Source of the DNA: Paraspadella gotoi
Lineage: Eukaryota; Animalia; Chaetognatha
NCBI GenBank assembly: GCA_051294375.1
Contig: JBJCIZ010000239.1
Span: forward strand, 663,178 to 727,177
Direction of reading: 5' to 3'
DNA: 64,000 bases
The stretch's first letter is position 1. Every line of letters starts with the position of its first letter. Under the pieces are notes generated by a model that saw nothing but the letters and a program-made list of their open reading frames with translations, did no database searches and was not told where the DNA came from. Positions 1-15,548 of the stretch are shown piece by piece. A program made the translations under genes and the position numbers.

Positions 1-62
1 TTTTTTTGTTGTTTTTTTTTCAGTTGAAATCGAAGGCGATGTTGTTGTCGCCATCAAAATCT

Positions 63-102
<40 letters not shown>
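63..102. repeat. (CGT)n microsatellite
   Basis: About 13 consecutive GTC/CGT units. Confidence 0.95.
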
Positions 103-103
<1 letters not shown>

Positions 104-1527
104 TCGTCCATCTCCGTATCCGTCCGACGATCGCTTTTCATAATCGTGTTTATTTTGGTTCTGGTATGAAAACCCTTTTCATCCCCTTTTCTTTTCTCTT
201 TTCTCTTCCTTTATTTTCCCTTTTTTCTTTTTCCTTTTTTTTTCCTTCCATCGACGCCCGAGAACAAAAGATCAATCCCCGTTTTGCGTCACGAGAAATC
301 TACGTCGCCGTTTGATGCCATCGAAAAAAAAAAAAGAAAACAAAGATGCCATTTTTGAACGGATGCCGTCTCATTATCGGTTCTACGGCGCGTCGTAACT
401 GGCGTAAATCTAATAAGAAAGTAGAGATTAAATTATATTAATTAGTAAGATTATTTATAACTGCATAACCTTTGAAATAGTATGGAGGAAGCCGGTAACA
501 TCCAAAGGCTATCACAAAAAAAAAGACACTTTTTTTCTTAGCGATTGCCGGACCAATAATGTCAAAATGGTGTCCGAATGCCGTACTGATGCTGTCCAAC
601 GCCGTACTAATTCCGTCCTACTTTTCCTTCAAACCAGCCACTCGAATTTTTTCGCTTCTTAATTTCCTCGCGTAACTAAATTCGATGCCCTGATTATATT
701 CCGCCCCGTGACCTCGCCCGTGGTGTATCCATGCCCCATAGCGACGCCTTTCAATATTGTTCATTGCATGAAAAATTCCCCCTGCATGCCCTTGAATGCC
801 CTGCGCCTTTAAATGGCCTCATTTAATAAAAAATGGGGGGCTTTGAATGCCGCGCCGAAAATCGTAAGAGGCATCGAGAATTCGTGCGGGTGGAAAAGAA
901 AAGAAAAAATGAATCTAATGTTGGCAACCGGGTTTTGGTTTCTATTGAAATTTTTATTTTTTTATTTTTATTAAAATGTTAGTTCTTTTATAAATTTGTT
1001 TTCGGCGTGCCATGGAAATTCTGTGAATATGGATCCATGAAAGAGAGAAAAACCCGCATCTACATTTTGACATCTATCAAGATACTATTACTTTTACAGA
1101 AGTACAATTAACAAATTGAAATGTATAATTTCGATTGAGTAATGAACTTATAAGTTTCGACGAAGCCTTTGACGGCCTTCTTCAAAGATTGAAGCGAACA
1201 CTGTGGAAGCGCATGCTTTAATTGGCAGCGGCAATGAAAGCCGAAAATGATTTGCTTATATTAATTTCAGTCAATACAAATGAGACAAAGACATTTTTTT
1301 AAATTTTTTTAAGTAATCACAAATTTAACTTGCGGACTAAAATAGAATTTTTTAAACGAAGAGTAATATAAAATTAAACTTAAAATTTATAATTATTTTA
1401 ATGATATGAGTTTATTTTAAATATTTATTAACAATTAAAATGCTAAAAGGATTACTCTGCAATATGCAAATGAGATTTTTGAATCGTTATCATTTTTTGT
1501 AATTGAATATTTGTCGGAAATGCGTTT

Positions 1528-1566
<39 letters not shown>

Positions 1567-1767
1567 AGAGAAGAGATATATGCTAAAAGGAATTACTTAC
1601 TGAGCAAATATGCAAATGGAGATTTTTGAATCGTTATACCCATTTTTGGTATATTGTAATATAGTATTTGTCGGAAAATGCGTTTATATTCTCTCATCTT
1701 CTCTTCGTCTCTCCTCTGCTCTCTTCGTCTGCGGTCTCTCTCCCACATCTCTGTGCTCTCTCTCGTC

Positions 1768-1798
<31 letters not shown>

Positions 1799-2044
1799 AC
1801 CAACATTAGATGTTAATTAAATACATTTAAATGTATTGAAAAGAATTATATATAAATAAAATCTTACAAACCGGATCACGTCATCTTAATTATCATTCAA
1901 AGTGTTTCATCCTCAAGATCCTCAACTCTTTAAATTAAAAAGTGAAAGGGAATGCTCTCTGCTCTCTCATCTCTCTCTCTCTCTCTCTCTCTCTTCCACT
2001 CTTCTCTCCTCATCTCATCNNNNNNNNNNNNNNNNNNNNNNNNN

Positions 2045-2093
<49 letters not shown>

Positions 2094-2289
2094 ATCTCTC
2101 CTCTCTCTCTCTCACGAAGCTTAGATGTTAACTGTAAATACATTTATGTACGTATTGAAAAGAATGTATATATAAATAAAATCTTACAAACCGGACACGG
2201 TCATCGTTAATTATCATTCAAGTGTTTCATCGATCAAGATCCTCAACTCTTTAAATTAAAAAGAAGAGAAGAAAATGCTCTCTCTCTCT

Positions 2290-2334
<45 letters not shown>

Positions 2335-2336
<2 letters not shown>

Positions 2337-2624
2337 AAAACCGAACCTTAAGAATTGGCCGCCGCCATGCCTTAAGCCTAAAGATAACATTAAGGGATTC
2401 AACAAAAAAAAAAGAAGAAAGAAAATTAATGAAAAAAAAGTTCGAGCACAAAAAGAGTGAATGAGGAAATCGTGAAAAAAAAAAATGTAGGAACGTGAAA
2501 AATTACGTGAATCAGAAGAAATAACGAAAACTTTTTCTCTTAAAACTTCAAAAGAATGAAAAACCTCTTTTTTTCTTTTATCGCCGCGTTCGCTCAACGG
2601 CCTACGTAATGCGTTTTTCCGAAG

Positions 2625-2667
<43 letters not shown>

Positions 2668-4358
2668 AGAGAGAGGAGAAAGAGGAGAGTTTAGAGAGAG
2701 AGAATAGAGAGAGGAGAGACGGAGAGATCGAGAGAGAGAGTTTGTCCTTGATAAGCAGGCCCGAAACGTGTTCCCCGCTATTTGAAGGCGATTTTCCTTA
2801 TCAAAAAGCGCGAGTTAAACTTAAACCCGAAATAAAGTTTTAAAAGAGGAAATTAAAACAGTCTAATTTTACCAGGTGAGGAGACGATTCGTTATCGTTT
2901 TGGCAGGCTCTTTCATTAGATATTTAAATCTTTTTTTAAATGTCTCATCAAACATTTATTGTCCCTTTCATATCTCTTTTCTGCATCTATTGTTATTTCT
3001 TTTCTCAAGGTTAAACCATATTTTCTGGAGAATGTAAATATCAATATTCAAACAATATAAGTTTTATATACCTGATCATATGAAACTCTCTCAAAATAAG
3101 TCGACAACGTAAATTCGCACCCAAAATATCTTTTTTAAAATAATCCGGTAACAGAACCAACTATAAATTTAAAAAATTATATAAATACAACTATGTTGCC
3201 CACCGACTTTGGACAAATAAATGACATACCATCATATTTTTGATCAATAAATCAAATGACAAATAATGACAACATAAAACCATCAATAGACAAATAATGA
3301 CAATATACAATACATTACAATAATCGCATAGCCATATATTCGGTAACAGATCTTATATTAGGACATTGGTTACCCTGTCAGACACCAAAATCTGTTTAAA
3401 GGTCGATTAAACGGCCGTCATGTTTCAGACCTCCAAAAAGTCAGATACCCTTTGAAGTTTGTCACAAAACTTTTCGATGGACTCTCTGTTGGAATACTTT
3501 TGACATTATTGCTAAATTTAGTGGTCACTTGTTTTTCTTATAACAGTAGCCCAAGCTAGTAATGCTATATTACTAAACTTTAATTGTATTGCTACCATCT
3601 TGAATAAAGTTTTGTAGATATTTTGTGAGAAACAAAAGTCACACCCCTATATAAAAGGTAGCTTCAATTGTTTGATCACTGAGGTTTGATAACTCCTGCT
3701 AATAAGGATGTAAGTATTTGTTTTGTAAAAATGAGCATTTTTCTTTGAAGATAAGTTTCTAATAAATGTTATTTTTTATTTTTTAGTGCTTATCTCTTGC
3801 AAATAATGGAAACTACAATGCAATCTGCTTTAATTCGTTATTGTCTTCTACTGTCTACATAATTATGAACTTATGTAATAAACGATTTAAACCTTTAAAT
3901 GGAGTTAACTAAATTCCTTGAAATGCCAATTAAACAAACTCGAAATTGAACAACCTCAGTTAAAGAGTAATATAACGTTTATCTCGTCGACTAACCCTCG
4001 AAACGTCGGTTACTCGATCAGACTCGTAATCTGTGTCCCGCATATAAACTAATTTTCGCCGTTGTTTAAAAACAGGAGAATTTCAATTCCAAAAAAAAAA
4101 ATGTACATGCCCCACTTTGATAGATAATTCGCTGGACGTAATTCCCATTTCATTCCCCACTCCAATCGATCCCAGCTCAAATTCCAAACTCATTCCCCAC
4201 CCTCCAATCCGATCCGATCCCCGACTTTTAATCTCCTCTTCCTCCCCGCTTCCTCCGGTCATCTTTCCCCACTTTTCCTCTACCTTCCATCATCCCAGCA
4301 ATTTAAGTTTTACGTTTTTCTTCCGGAGGAGAAAAAAACAGAAGTTTCTCTTCTTCTT

Positions 4359-4440
<82 letters not shown>

Positions 4441-5265
4441 CCCTCTCTCTCTCTCTCTCTCAATGATGCGATTCTCTTTCCAGAACCAGGTCCAATTCTC
4501 CCTGGGGCGAAACTCCGGGCAAAAGAGGCAATAGAACAAAGGAAGAAAGAGACCCCGGGGAGCTGCTCTCCGCCCTTTCTCGTCTTCTCCTGATTCTTCC
4601 TCTCCCCGCCCCTCTGCTCGTCTCGTCTCCTCCTGATCTTCTTCTTCCTCCCTCCTCCGGCTTCTCGCTGATCTTCTTCTCCCGCCCTCTCTCGTCTTCA
4701 CTCCTGATCTTCTTCTTCCGCCTATCTCGTCGTCTTCTCTCGTCTCTCTCCTGATCTCTCTCCCGCCCTCTCTCATCTTCTCTCCTGATCTTCTTCTCCA
4801 ACCTCTTTCGTCTTCTCTCCTGATCTTCTTCTTCCACCCTCTCTCGGCTTCTCTCCTGATCTTCTTCTTCTGCCCTCTCTTGTCTTCTCTCCTGATCTTT
4901 TCCTCCCACCCCTCTCTTGTCTTCTCTCCTGACCTTCTCCGCCCTCTCTCATCTTCTCTCCTGATCTTCTTTCTCCCGCCCGCCTCTCTCGTCCTTCTCT
5001 CCTGACCTTCTCCCCGCCTCTCTCGTCTTCTCTCCTGATCTTCTCTTCCGCCCTCTCTCGGCTTCTCTCCTGGATCTTCTTCTTATATCTATTTTCACTT
5101 TCTCAATTCCTCTCCTTCTCCTCTCTATTTATTCCTCTCTTTCTTTTCTGAATTCTTTTTTGATCTTCTTCTCCCTATCTATTTCCGTTTCTCTCTTTCC
5201 TTATGCTCTCTACTTTCTATCTCCCTTTCTCTTTTCCTCGTACATCCTTCTTCATTTTACCCCCT

Positions 5266-5362
<97 letters not shown>

Positions 5363-5621
5363 TGTCTCCTCTCTCTCTCCCATCACCAGCCCATTTACAA
5401 AAATGTTCCAAAAGTAATATTTTTGTGTCATTCAACTTTTTCCCGGGATCTTGGCGAGAACAGATCTAACTCGACAGCATCGACAAGACACGACATTAAG
5501 GCCGATTTAAACCCTCTGCGAAAAAACGGGTCTATAAAGGGAGAGGACAAAACATAAAAACGATAAAAATATATATCGCCGCCCGCCGATGTAGTAATTA
5601 AAAAGGGAATGGCAGTCTTCG

Positions 5622-5694
<73 letters not shown>

Positions 5695-6492
5695 GCTTGT
5701 TAATGAAGGTACTTGTGTCGGAGCAGAGAAACGAGTCGGCGTCCATCCGAGATAAGCGGCTTCGAAAAAGAAACGAAGTACAAAGAGAGAATGGAACGAT
5801 GGAAGAGAGAGGAAAAGGAAGGTGGAAAGTGGAAGAGAGAGAAAAAGGAAGGTAGAAATGTGGAAGAGAGAAGGAAAAGGAGTGGAAGGAAGAGAGGAAA
5901 ATGTTGAAAGTGGAAGAGAGAGGGAAAAAAGATGTGGAACTGGAAGGAATGAGAGAAAAAAGGGAAGTTAGAAAGATAACGATGGGAATGCTGGAAAATG
6001 GAAATGATGGAACAAATTAGAAATGCTGAAAACGCTGGAAATGATGGAAAAGTTGAAAACGCTGAAATGCTGAAAAGATATGACAAAAGTTAGTGGAAAA
6101 GTGAAAGAATTTTTCAGTTTTCACCGGTATAAGCGACATTTTAAAATTTCAGTGGCCGCAGTTAAATGCAAACACCGGTAGAGATATGAAAAGAAGAAGC
6201 GAAATTTTAGAGGAAAAGCGGAGGATTAATAAGGAGAAGCGGAAAATTATAAGAAGAAGCGTAGATTTGAAGCGGAGAAGCGGTCGAAAGAGCGATCGCT
6301 CGAGCTGTTATTAATCGAAAGGGATTATTCGTCTGTCAAGATTCGAGAGAGGCTGGCTCGCTCTTCCTGTTTATCTGCCCGCCTACTAGGTGTGCGGGAA
6401 ATTATGACGGTTTGAAGTGGAGATGAGAAAGGGAAGAGAGAGAGACAGACAGAGAGAGTGAGAGAGAAGAATGAAGGAGAAAAAGTGAGATG

Positions 6493-6589
<97 letters not shown>

Positions 6590-7350
6590 ATGGAGATGAA
6601 TTTAGTAAAACAGCTAACAGTGAGAAATAAGATAGGTATCCATTATTAAGTAACCTCTCACTTACAAATAACTGATTAGAACCGGAGGCCTTCTTTTTTT
6701 CGAATCTATCAATTTTTTTCCCATTAAAAATTCAAAATAATAAAAAAAATGTTTTTTATTTTTTCCTAAAACGAGGACGAGATTAATGTTCATTTTTGGG
6801 GGACGAATTCGGAAGTTCTCGCTGGCGCGCCTCGACGGGAAATTTTATGGCTTTTCTAAAAAGATTATTGAAAATCGATGGACAACTTATCTAAAACTTG
6901 GTTGCTACTTTTTCCTATGAAAAATTTAAGATTTACTGTTTTACTGGTGTTAGATTAAAAATTTAAAAATGAATAAAAAATGTCGAGTATATTTGACATA
7001 AGTAGTTAAATTTGAACTATTAGATATTTAATTTTTAATAACGTAATGGGGATAGGGATGTTAATATTTAATGTAGTCGAATAAACTCAACTAAATCTTT
7101 CAGTATTACATTTAATACTAAAATAAATCTAATGAACCTATACATTAATTACTACCCCCTGAAAAGAAAAATTTGCATTGCCCGAGGAATAAACAAATTT
7201 CGGGTGGAGAATAAAATAGAAATTAAATAGAAATAAAATCGGGAATAAAAAATAAATTTCTGCCCACCGAAAGGAAATCTGCGCCGTTGACGTCGGAGAG
7301 AAAAAAGAGAAAACATCATCTCTCAGACCAGAAGTTGACTCTTTTTGAGA

Positions 7351-7406
<56 letters not shown>

Positions 7407-7492
7407 GAGAGAGAGAGAGAGAGATCGTAAAGATTCCTGATTTTCGTCTTGATGTCTCCTTTTTTTTTGGAGAGACGTTCTTTTCCGGCGAC

Positions 7493-7560
<68 letters not shown>

Positions 7561-7700
7561 TGATTATTTAACTGAACACTAAAAAAAAAACTGGATTTTG
7601 AATTTTTATGCCTTGATTTTAGGGTTAATTTTTCTTTTCTTTAATTATTATGTCTGGTATTCTGCCTGTTTCTATGTCCTCGGTCTCCTCTTATTTCTCA
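2335..7700 (+). repeat. Segmental repeat, copy 1 (modules A-B-C-D-E)
   Basis: Collinear with 8117-12440. Shared anchors: ccgaacctt..gaattgg at ~2341/~8122, gaaccaggtccaattctccctggggcgaaac at ~4483/~9385, ggagatgaatttagtaaaacag at ~6592/~11293. Confidence 0.9.
4570..5085. repeat. Pyrimidine-rich minisatellite, ~33-36 bp unit (ctcctgatcttcttctcccgccctctctcgtcttct)
   Basis: About 14 degenerate tandem units; a shorter array of the same unit lies at ~9470-9655. Confidence 0.9.
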
Positions 7701-8009
7701 TCTCTCACTCTTCTTCTCTCTCCCTCTCTCTCTTTATCTCTCTCTCTCCTTTCGTTTTCTCTTTCTTTCTTTCTTTTCTTTCTTTCTTTCGTTCCTTTCT
7801 TTTTTTCTTTTTTCCTTTTTTCTTTTTCCTTTCTTTCATTTTCTTTCTTTCTATCCAGTATATAAGCGTGATAGGCAGACGCGGGTCTATTACCCCCTCC
7901 TTCTCATTCACCTCCTTCTTCATCCTTCTCCAGGTTTCGGCCGCGTCTTTCTTTCTTTCTGTCTTTTTTCTTCTTTCTTTCTTTCTTTATTTTTTCTTCT
8001 ATATTTATT

Positions 8010-8067
<58 letters not shown>

Positions 8068-8116
8068 TTCTTTCCCTCTCTCTACCTTTTTTTCCCGATT
8101 ACATCTCTCGATTTTA

Positions 8117-8402
8117 AAAACCCGAACCTTAAAGAATTGGCGCCGCCAATGCCTTAAGCCTAAAGATAACATTAAGGGATTCAACAAAAAAAGAAGAAAG
8201 AAAAATTAATGAAAAAAAAGAAAAGATTCGAGCACAAAAGAGTGAATGAGGAAATCGTGAAAAAAAAAATGTAGGAAATCGTGAAAAATTACGTGAATAG
8301 AAGAAAACGAAACTTTTTCTCTTAAACTAAAAAGAAGAAAAACCTCTTTTTTTTTTCTTTATCGCGCGTCGCCTCAACGGCCTACGTAATCCTTTTTCCG
8401 AA

Positions 8403-8474
<72 letters not shown>

Positions 8475-9288
8475 GAGAGAGTTTCCTTGATAAGGCCCCG
8501 AACGTGTTCCCGCTATTTGAAAGCGATTTTCTTATCAAAAAGCGGAGGTTAAAACTTAAAACCCGAATAAAGTTTTAAAAGAGGAAATAAAAAGTCTAAT
8601 TTTCCAGGTGAGGGACGATCTTTCGTTTGGCGGCTCATTCATTAGATATTAAAGCTTTTTTAATGTCTCATCAAACAATTTATTTTCCCTTTCATATCTT
8701 TTTCTCTTATTGTTATTTCTTTTCCAAAGTTTAACATATTTTCTGGAGAATGTAAATATCAATATTCAAATAATATATATCCTGATCATATGAATCCAAA
8801 ATAAGCGAAACGTAAATTCGCCCAAATATCTTTTTAAAAAATCGGTACAACCAATATAAATTATAAAAATTATATAAATAAACTATGTTGCCCCCGACTT
8901 TGGACAAATAATGACATACCATCATATTTTTGACGAATAATGACAAATAATGACAAATAATGACAAATAATGACATACCATCATAATTTTGACAAATAAT
9001 GACAAATAATGACAAATAATGANNNNNNNNNNCAAATAATGACAAATAATGACATACCATCATATTTTTTCGGTAACAGATTTATTAGGACATTGTTATC
9101 TGTCAGACACAATCTTTTAAAGGTCCATTAAAACGCGTCATGTTTTCAGACCTCCAAAAAGTCAGATAACCCGACTTTAATCCCCACTTCCTTCCCCGCT
9201 TCCTCCGATCATCTTTCCCCACTTTCTTCCTCTCCTCATTCCCAGCAATTTTAGTTTTACGTTTTTCTCCGGAGGAGAAAAAACAGAA

Positions 9289-9366
<78 letters not shown>

Positions 9367-9849
9367 GATCGATTCTCTTTCCACGAACCAGGTCCAATTC
9401 TCCCTGGGGCGAAACTCCCGGGCAAAAGAGGCAATTAGAACAAAGGAAGAAAGAGACCCCGGGGAGCTGCTCTCCCGCCCTTTCTCGGCTTCTCTCCTGA
9501 TCTTCTTCTCCCGCCATCTCTCGTCTTCTCTCCTGATCTTCTTCTCCCAACCTCTCTCATCTTTTTTCCTGATCTTCTCCCGCTGTCTCTCTGCTTCTCT
9601 CCTGATCTTCTTCTCTCTCTTTTCTCATCTTCACTCCTGATCTTCTTCTCCCTATCTATTTTCACTTTCTCAATTCTTCTCCTTCTTCCTGTCTATTTAT
9701 TCTTCTCTTTTTTTTCTCGTCTTCTTTTCTGATCTTCTTCTCCCTATCTATTTCCGCTTTCTCTCTTTCCTNNNNNNNNNNNNNNNNNNNNNNNNNTATG
9801 TTTCTACTTTTCTATCTCCCTTTCCTTAGTCACTTCTGCATTACCCTCT

Positions 9850-9918
<69 letters not shown>

Positions 9919-10183
9919 CATCACCAGCCCATTCTTCAAAAAATGTCCAAAAGGATAATATTATTGTGTCATGTCGAACTTTTTCCCGGGATCTCTGGCG
10001 AAAACAGACTCTACTCGACAGACATCGACAGACACGAACATAAGGGCCGATTTAAACCTCCGAAAAAATACGGGTCTATAAAAGGGGAGGACAAAACATA
10101 AAAACGATAAAAATATATATCGCCGCCGCCCGATGTAGTATTAAAAAGGGAATGGCATTTCTTCGCTTTCTCTCTCCTCTCTC

Positions 10184-10219
<36 letters not shown>

Positions 10220-11049
10220 CTCTCTCTCTCTCTCTCTCTCTCGCTTTGTTAATAAGGTACTTGTGTCGGAGGCAGGGAAAACGAGTCGGGTCCATCTCGA
10301 GATAAGCGCTCGAAAAAGAAACGAAAGTACAAGAGAGAATGGAAGATGGGAAGAGAGAGGAAAAAGAAGGTAGGAAAGTGAAGAAGGAAAAAAAGGAAGG
10401 TAGAAAGTGGAGAAGAGAAGGAAAAGGAGGTGGAAGGAAGAGAGGAAAATGTTGTAAAGTGGAAGAAGAGAGGGAAAAAGAGATGGTGGAAACTGAAAGG
10501 AAGTGAGAGAAAAAAGGGAAAGTTAGAAAGATAAACGGATGGGAATGTGGAAAAATGGAAATGATGGAAACAATAGAAATGCTGAAAACGCTGGAAATGA
10601 TGGAAAAAGATGAAAACGATGGAAATGCTGAAAACGATATGACAAAAGTTGGTGGAAAAGTGAAAGAATTTTCAGTTTTCACGTATAACGACATTTAAAA
10701 TTTCAGTGGCCGCAGTTAAATGCAGACCCGGTAGAGATATAAGAGAGAAGGGAAATTTAGGAAGAAGCGGAGATTACAAAGGAGAAGCGAAAGTTATAAA
10801 GAAGCGTAGTTTTGAAGCGGAGAACCGATCGAAGAGGGCGAGCTGTTAATTTAATCGAAAGGATTATTTCGTTGTCAAGATTCGAGAGAGGCTGGGCTCG
10901 TCTTCTGTTATCTGCCCGCCTACTTAGGTGGTCGGGGAAAATTATGACGGTTTGAAGTTGGAGAGAGAGAGAGGGAGAGAGAGGGGGATAGAGAGAGAGA
11001 GAGTACAGAAGAGAGAGTGAGAGAGAAGGAAATGAAGAGAAAAAAGTGA

Positions 11050-11131
<82 letters not shown>

Positions 11132-11213
11132 AAGAAGGAGAAAAAGTGAGATGGAGAGAAAGAAGAGAGAGAGAGAGACGAGAGAGAGAGAGAGAGAGAG
11201 AGAAGAGAGAGAT

Positions 11214-11277
<64 letters not shown>

Positions 11278-12067
11278 GAGGAGAGAAGAATGGGAGATGA
11301 ATTTAGTAAAACAGCCAAACAGTATAATAGATAGGTATCCATATAGTAACTCTCACTTAACAAATTAATTGATTTAGAACCGGAGGCTTTTTTTTTCGAA
11401 TCATCAAATTTTTTTCCCATTAAAAATTCAAAATAATAAAAAAAATGTTTTTTTATTTTTTTCCTAAAAACGAGACGAGATTAATGTTCATTTTTTGGGG
11501 AGGAATTCTGGTCGGCTGGCGGCCTTCGACGGAAATTTATGGCTTCTAAAATATTATTGAAATCGATGGACAACTTATCCAAAACTGGTTGTACTTATCC
11601 TATGGAAAAATTATAGATTATCTGTTTTACGTGTTAGATTAAAAATTAAAATGAATAAAGAAAGTCGAGTATATTTGACATAAGTATTAAATTTAACTAT
11701 TATATATTTAATTTTTAATAACGTAATGGGGACATTGATGTTAGTGTAATATTTAATGTAGCCGAATTACTAAACTAAATCTTCAGTATTACATTTAATA
11801 CTAAAATAATCTAATGACCTATACATTAATACATTAATACCCCCTGAAAAAAAAAATTTAGCATTGCCCGAGAATAAAAAAATTCGGGTGAGATAAATGA
11901 AATAAAATAGAAATAAAATCGGGATAAAAATAAAATTGTCTTCCACCGAAAGGAAATCTCGCCTTTTTGACGCGGAGAGAAAAAAAAGACGAAAACGATC
12001 ATCCTTCAGACCAGAAGTTTGACTCTTTTTGGAGGAGAGAGAGAGAGAGCAGCAGAGAGAGAACAAG

Positions 12068-12157
<90 letters not shown>

Positions 12158-12440
12158 GTAATAGATTCTGATTTATTTATATCTTTGATGTCTCCTTTTT
12201 TTTTTGGAAGAGACGTTTTTTCCCGGCGACGGACGACGCACGACGACGAAACGACGAACGACGGACGACCGATCGACGAGACGAACAAAACGGACGACGA
12301 TGATTATTACTGACACTAAAAAAAAACTTGATTTTGAATTTTTATTCGATGATTTTAGGTTAATTTTTCTTTTCTTAATTATTATGTCTTATTCTGCTGT
12401 TCTGTCCTCCGGTCTTTATTCTCTTATTTCTCACTTCTCT
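8117..12440 (+). repeat. Segmental repeat, copy 2 (A-B-C-D-E)
   Basis: Collinear with 2335-7700 but lacks 3451-4219 and has a shorter minisatellite. Confidence 0.9.
8900..9065. repeat. 10-bp tandem repeat (tgacaaataa)n interspersed with tgacataccatcatatttt
   Basis: Direct inspection; a degenerate counterpart lies at ~3210-3310. Confidence 0.85.
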
Positions 12441-12448
12441 CACTCTCT

Positions 12449-12508
<60 letters not shown>

Positions 12509-12654
12509 ATCTCTCTCTCTCTCTTTCGTTTTTCTTTCTTTTTCTTTCTGTTCTTTCTTTCTTTCTTTTCTTTCTTCTTTCTTTCTTTCTTTTCTTTTCT
12601 TTGTTTCTTTCTATTTTCTTTCTTTCTTTTTTCTATTTCTTTCTATAATTTATT

Positions 12655-12742
<88 letters not shown>

Positions 12743-15346
12743 CGTAGTTAAACTTATCATCGCGTTAAAAACGATCACCTTATCTTCCCACGTCAATATT
12801 TACTTGCGGCGTTTAGAAAGGAAAACAAAACTCAGTTTAAAAAACTTTTTTTTCTCATCCATATCGTCTCGTCTTTTGTTTCAGGTTTTCAGGTCAATCA
12901 ATCAATTGACGCGATTCAAATGGCGATGGAAATTCTTCATGGCAGTTCGCGTCTTTAGAATTAGAATCGCTCTCTTATCAGTTCCCTTAAGTTTGAAAGA
13001 GCTTACTAGAATCATATAATTACGCAATCGCATCGAATAAAGTAACAATTAGGAACATAGCCAATGATTATCTTCATCTTTATGAAAAAAAAACGATGTA
13101 TTATGCCGTTAGCTCTAAAAACAACATGTAAAAAATAAATTCTTAAGTCCATGATGCCAAAAGGCGCAGGAGCAACGAACGTTGGAATAAATCGCTGTCC
13201 TTGTTTTTAACCCTTACAATTTTTGCAGCGCTCGTTTCGCCGTCAGAGAACGGCAACGGGACGCCTTCCTTTCGACCTATAGGTCACCTTCACACGCGGT
13301 TATCCGCAGACAACATTCACGAAAAACAACAGACTCAGGACACTTAGCAACCAATATACTCGCACACACACTCGCAGAAACTTTGGAAATAGACGGGGGA
13401 ACTTTCTGCACCAAGGTGGGGTAAGACAACGATATCCCCGTGTGGTTTCTCGATGGATTGTGGTCTCATCTCTCTCCTTCTCTATCTCATTTCATCCTCT
13501 CTCTCTGCTCACTCTCCTCACTGACATCTCTCCCAACGAAATAACAACTAGTAGAAACCGACCAGCTACTCACATCACTCATATACACACCGCTATTAGA
13601 ACAGAGGAGTATAGCCCGCCTTGCGATGGCCTTTTTTTCGTAGACACGACCCATTTTTTATCTAATATTACCGAATTTTTTGAGTTAAAGATTAGGTTTA
13701 GATTAGGCTAAGGGATTTGGTCTGAGGTAAGGTTAGTGATTTAAAGTTAAAGGACTTGGTTAGTGTTTACGGAATACCATTTAGGGTCAAAGATTATAAA
13801 TTCGGAATTATGGGGTTATGGAGGCATGGCGCAAAAATTATGGTTAAGAATTCGTTTATATATTTAAAAATAATATATATAATAATATAGCTTTTGAGTT
13901 TGACTCTGGGCGCTTTTTTACCGACAAAACCTCCCAAACTTGCTGGCGTTGCCGCGTTGATAGACTCCGCAAAGATGTCGCCCGGGAATGGCGATTGCTT
14001 TGCTGTTATGCACTATCGGGTCTGAGCCGTTGTTCTTATGTCTAGGAGTGAGCAGGTAAAGCGCCAAGATCAGATTACCCTGGGTGGTAGGCGCCGAGGG
14101 CGATCAACTCCACTTCAGGCGAGTACGCATGAAACCGCTTGACCAGTCCGTTAGACTGCGTGTGGTAAGCGTCGTTAAATTATCGGAGATTTTCCCCTCT
14201 CTTTGCTTCGATTTAGTCTTTATGTTTTTTATTTGTTCCCCCCCCTTCCCCCCACGATTCGAGGAGTTGGGAGTCATGTTGACGGACAAGAAATTGCGAG
14301 CCACTCTGTCAGTCAGAGACGGTGGTTGGGACGCCGAATGATGCGATCCCACCATAGACAAAAGCCGTCAGTATACGGTTAAATATTAAATTAATACTAA
14401 AAATTATGGAGGGATAAAACAGAAATTGGGGCCACTCCTCGAAAAGAGAGCTCCTCCCTCTCTCTTGTCTCACCCTTAAAAAAAAATGCAACGGACCGTA
14501 GGACGGACGATCGCTTCGGTCTACGAAGGAAGAGAAACAAGGAGAAAATCATTGAAGAAGAGAAAAAATTGAAAGACAGGTAGGGGGAGATTTCATGTGA
14601 GAAAATAGTTAGGGTTGTTGTGTTCAGGTGGATGAGCAGAAAATGGTACCATATTCTATTGTCAATTTCGTGTCAATTTCGTAGAAGGGGATATCACGGT
14701 TTTCATGTAAAGATTTGAAAGGACGTTAAAAAGTTTTTTGACATACATAGTGACAAAAATTAAGTCTAGATTACAAGGTCGCAATGGTTGCATAGTTTTT
14801 GCTTGGAAGAAGCTTCGTGATATATATATTAGCTTTTTAAAAGTATCGAATCCAAGATATACTGTAGAATCTTAAGTATAGATAATTTATTTGTAAATTG
14901 ACAAACCAGGTATTATATGTCGGGGGGGAAAATTGTTAATTTATTAACGTATGATTAATTTAATCAAAATTCTAATAGGAAGAATCTTAAATGCTCAAGA
15001 TTCTTGATTCCTTGGAACAATTTCAAATTAATTAGGATGGACTCCGTAAAAGATTTCCGAGCGACGTTTAACTCCGACGATGCCAATCGGGGCGCTCGGG
15101 CAGACAAAGGATGGAACTAAAAAGTCATGGGGCCGACGGACAAGCCAACCAGAATGTCTAAGTCTTCTCTCGATTAGCTGGAAATCGAGGCGGCGATAGG
15201 ATGGAACCATCAGAGAGGGATAAAATCTGAGATCAATTTAATAGGACGAGTCAATAATACGTTATCTAAATTAGCAGAGTTGGCAACAGACGGTTAGAAG
15301 GGGGGACCAGAGAGAGAGAGAGAAGAGAGAGAGAGAGTTAGAGAGA

Positions 15347-15397
<51 letters not shown>

Positions 15398-15510
15398 ACG
15401 GAGTGGGGTGTTTTAGAAAAAGAAGAGAGTTTTAAAAAAAGCACGAATTGAGAAAAGCTTTTTCGCATAAATTTTTTTTACACACAAAGCCATCGGCTTA
15501 CTTTCGGAAA

Positions 15511-15548
<38 letters not shown>

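Noticed and set aside
1143-1190. Penelope-type minimal hammerhead-like motif on the minus strand (TTGAAGAAGGC...GTCGAAAC-TTATAA-GTT)
   Set aside because: Core is imperfect (UUGA), stem I cannot be paired and there is no adjacent Penelope ORF; at most a decayed relic.
1440-2290. Short local duplications (1440-1530/1580-1690; 1805-1960/2120-2285); a similar pair at 54240-54520
   Set aside because: One copy of each pair is an insertion-riddled version of the other next to GA tracts or N runs; most likely long-read consensus artefacts.
13690-13790. TTAGG/TTAGGG-like telomeric motifs
   Set aside because: Few, degenerate and not tandem; internal to a repeated module.
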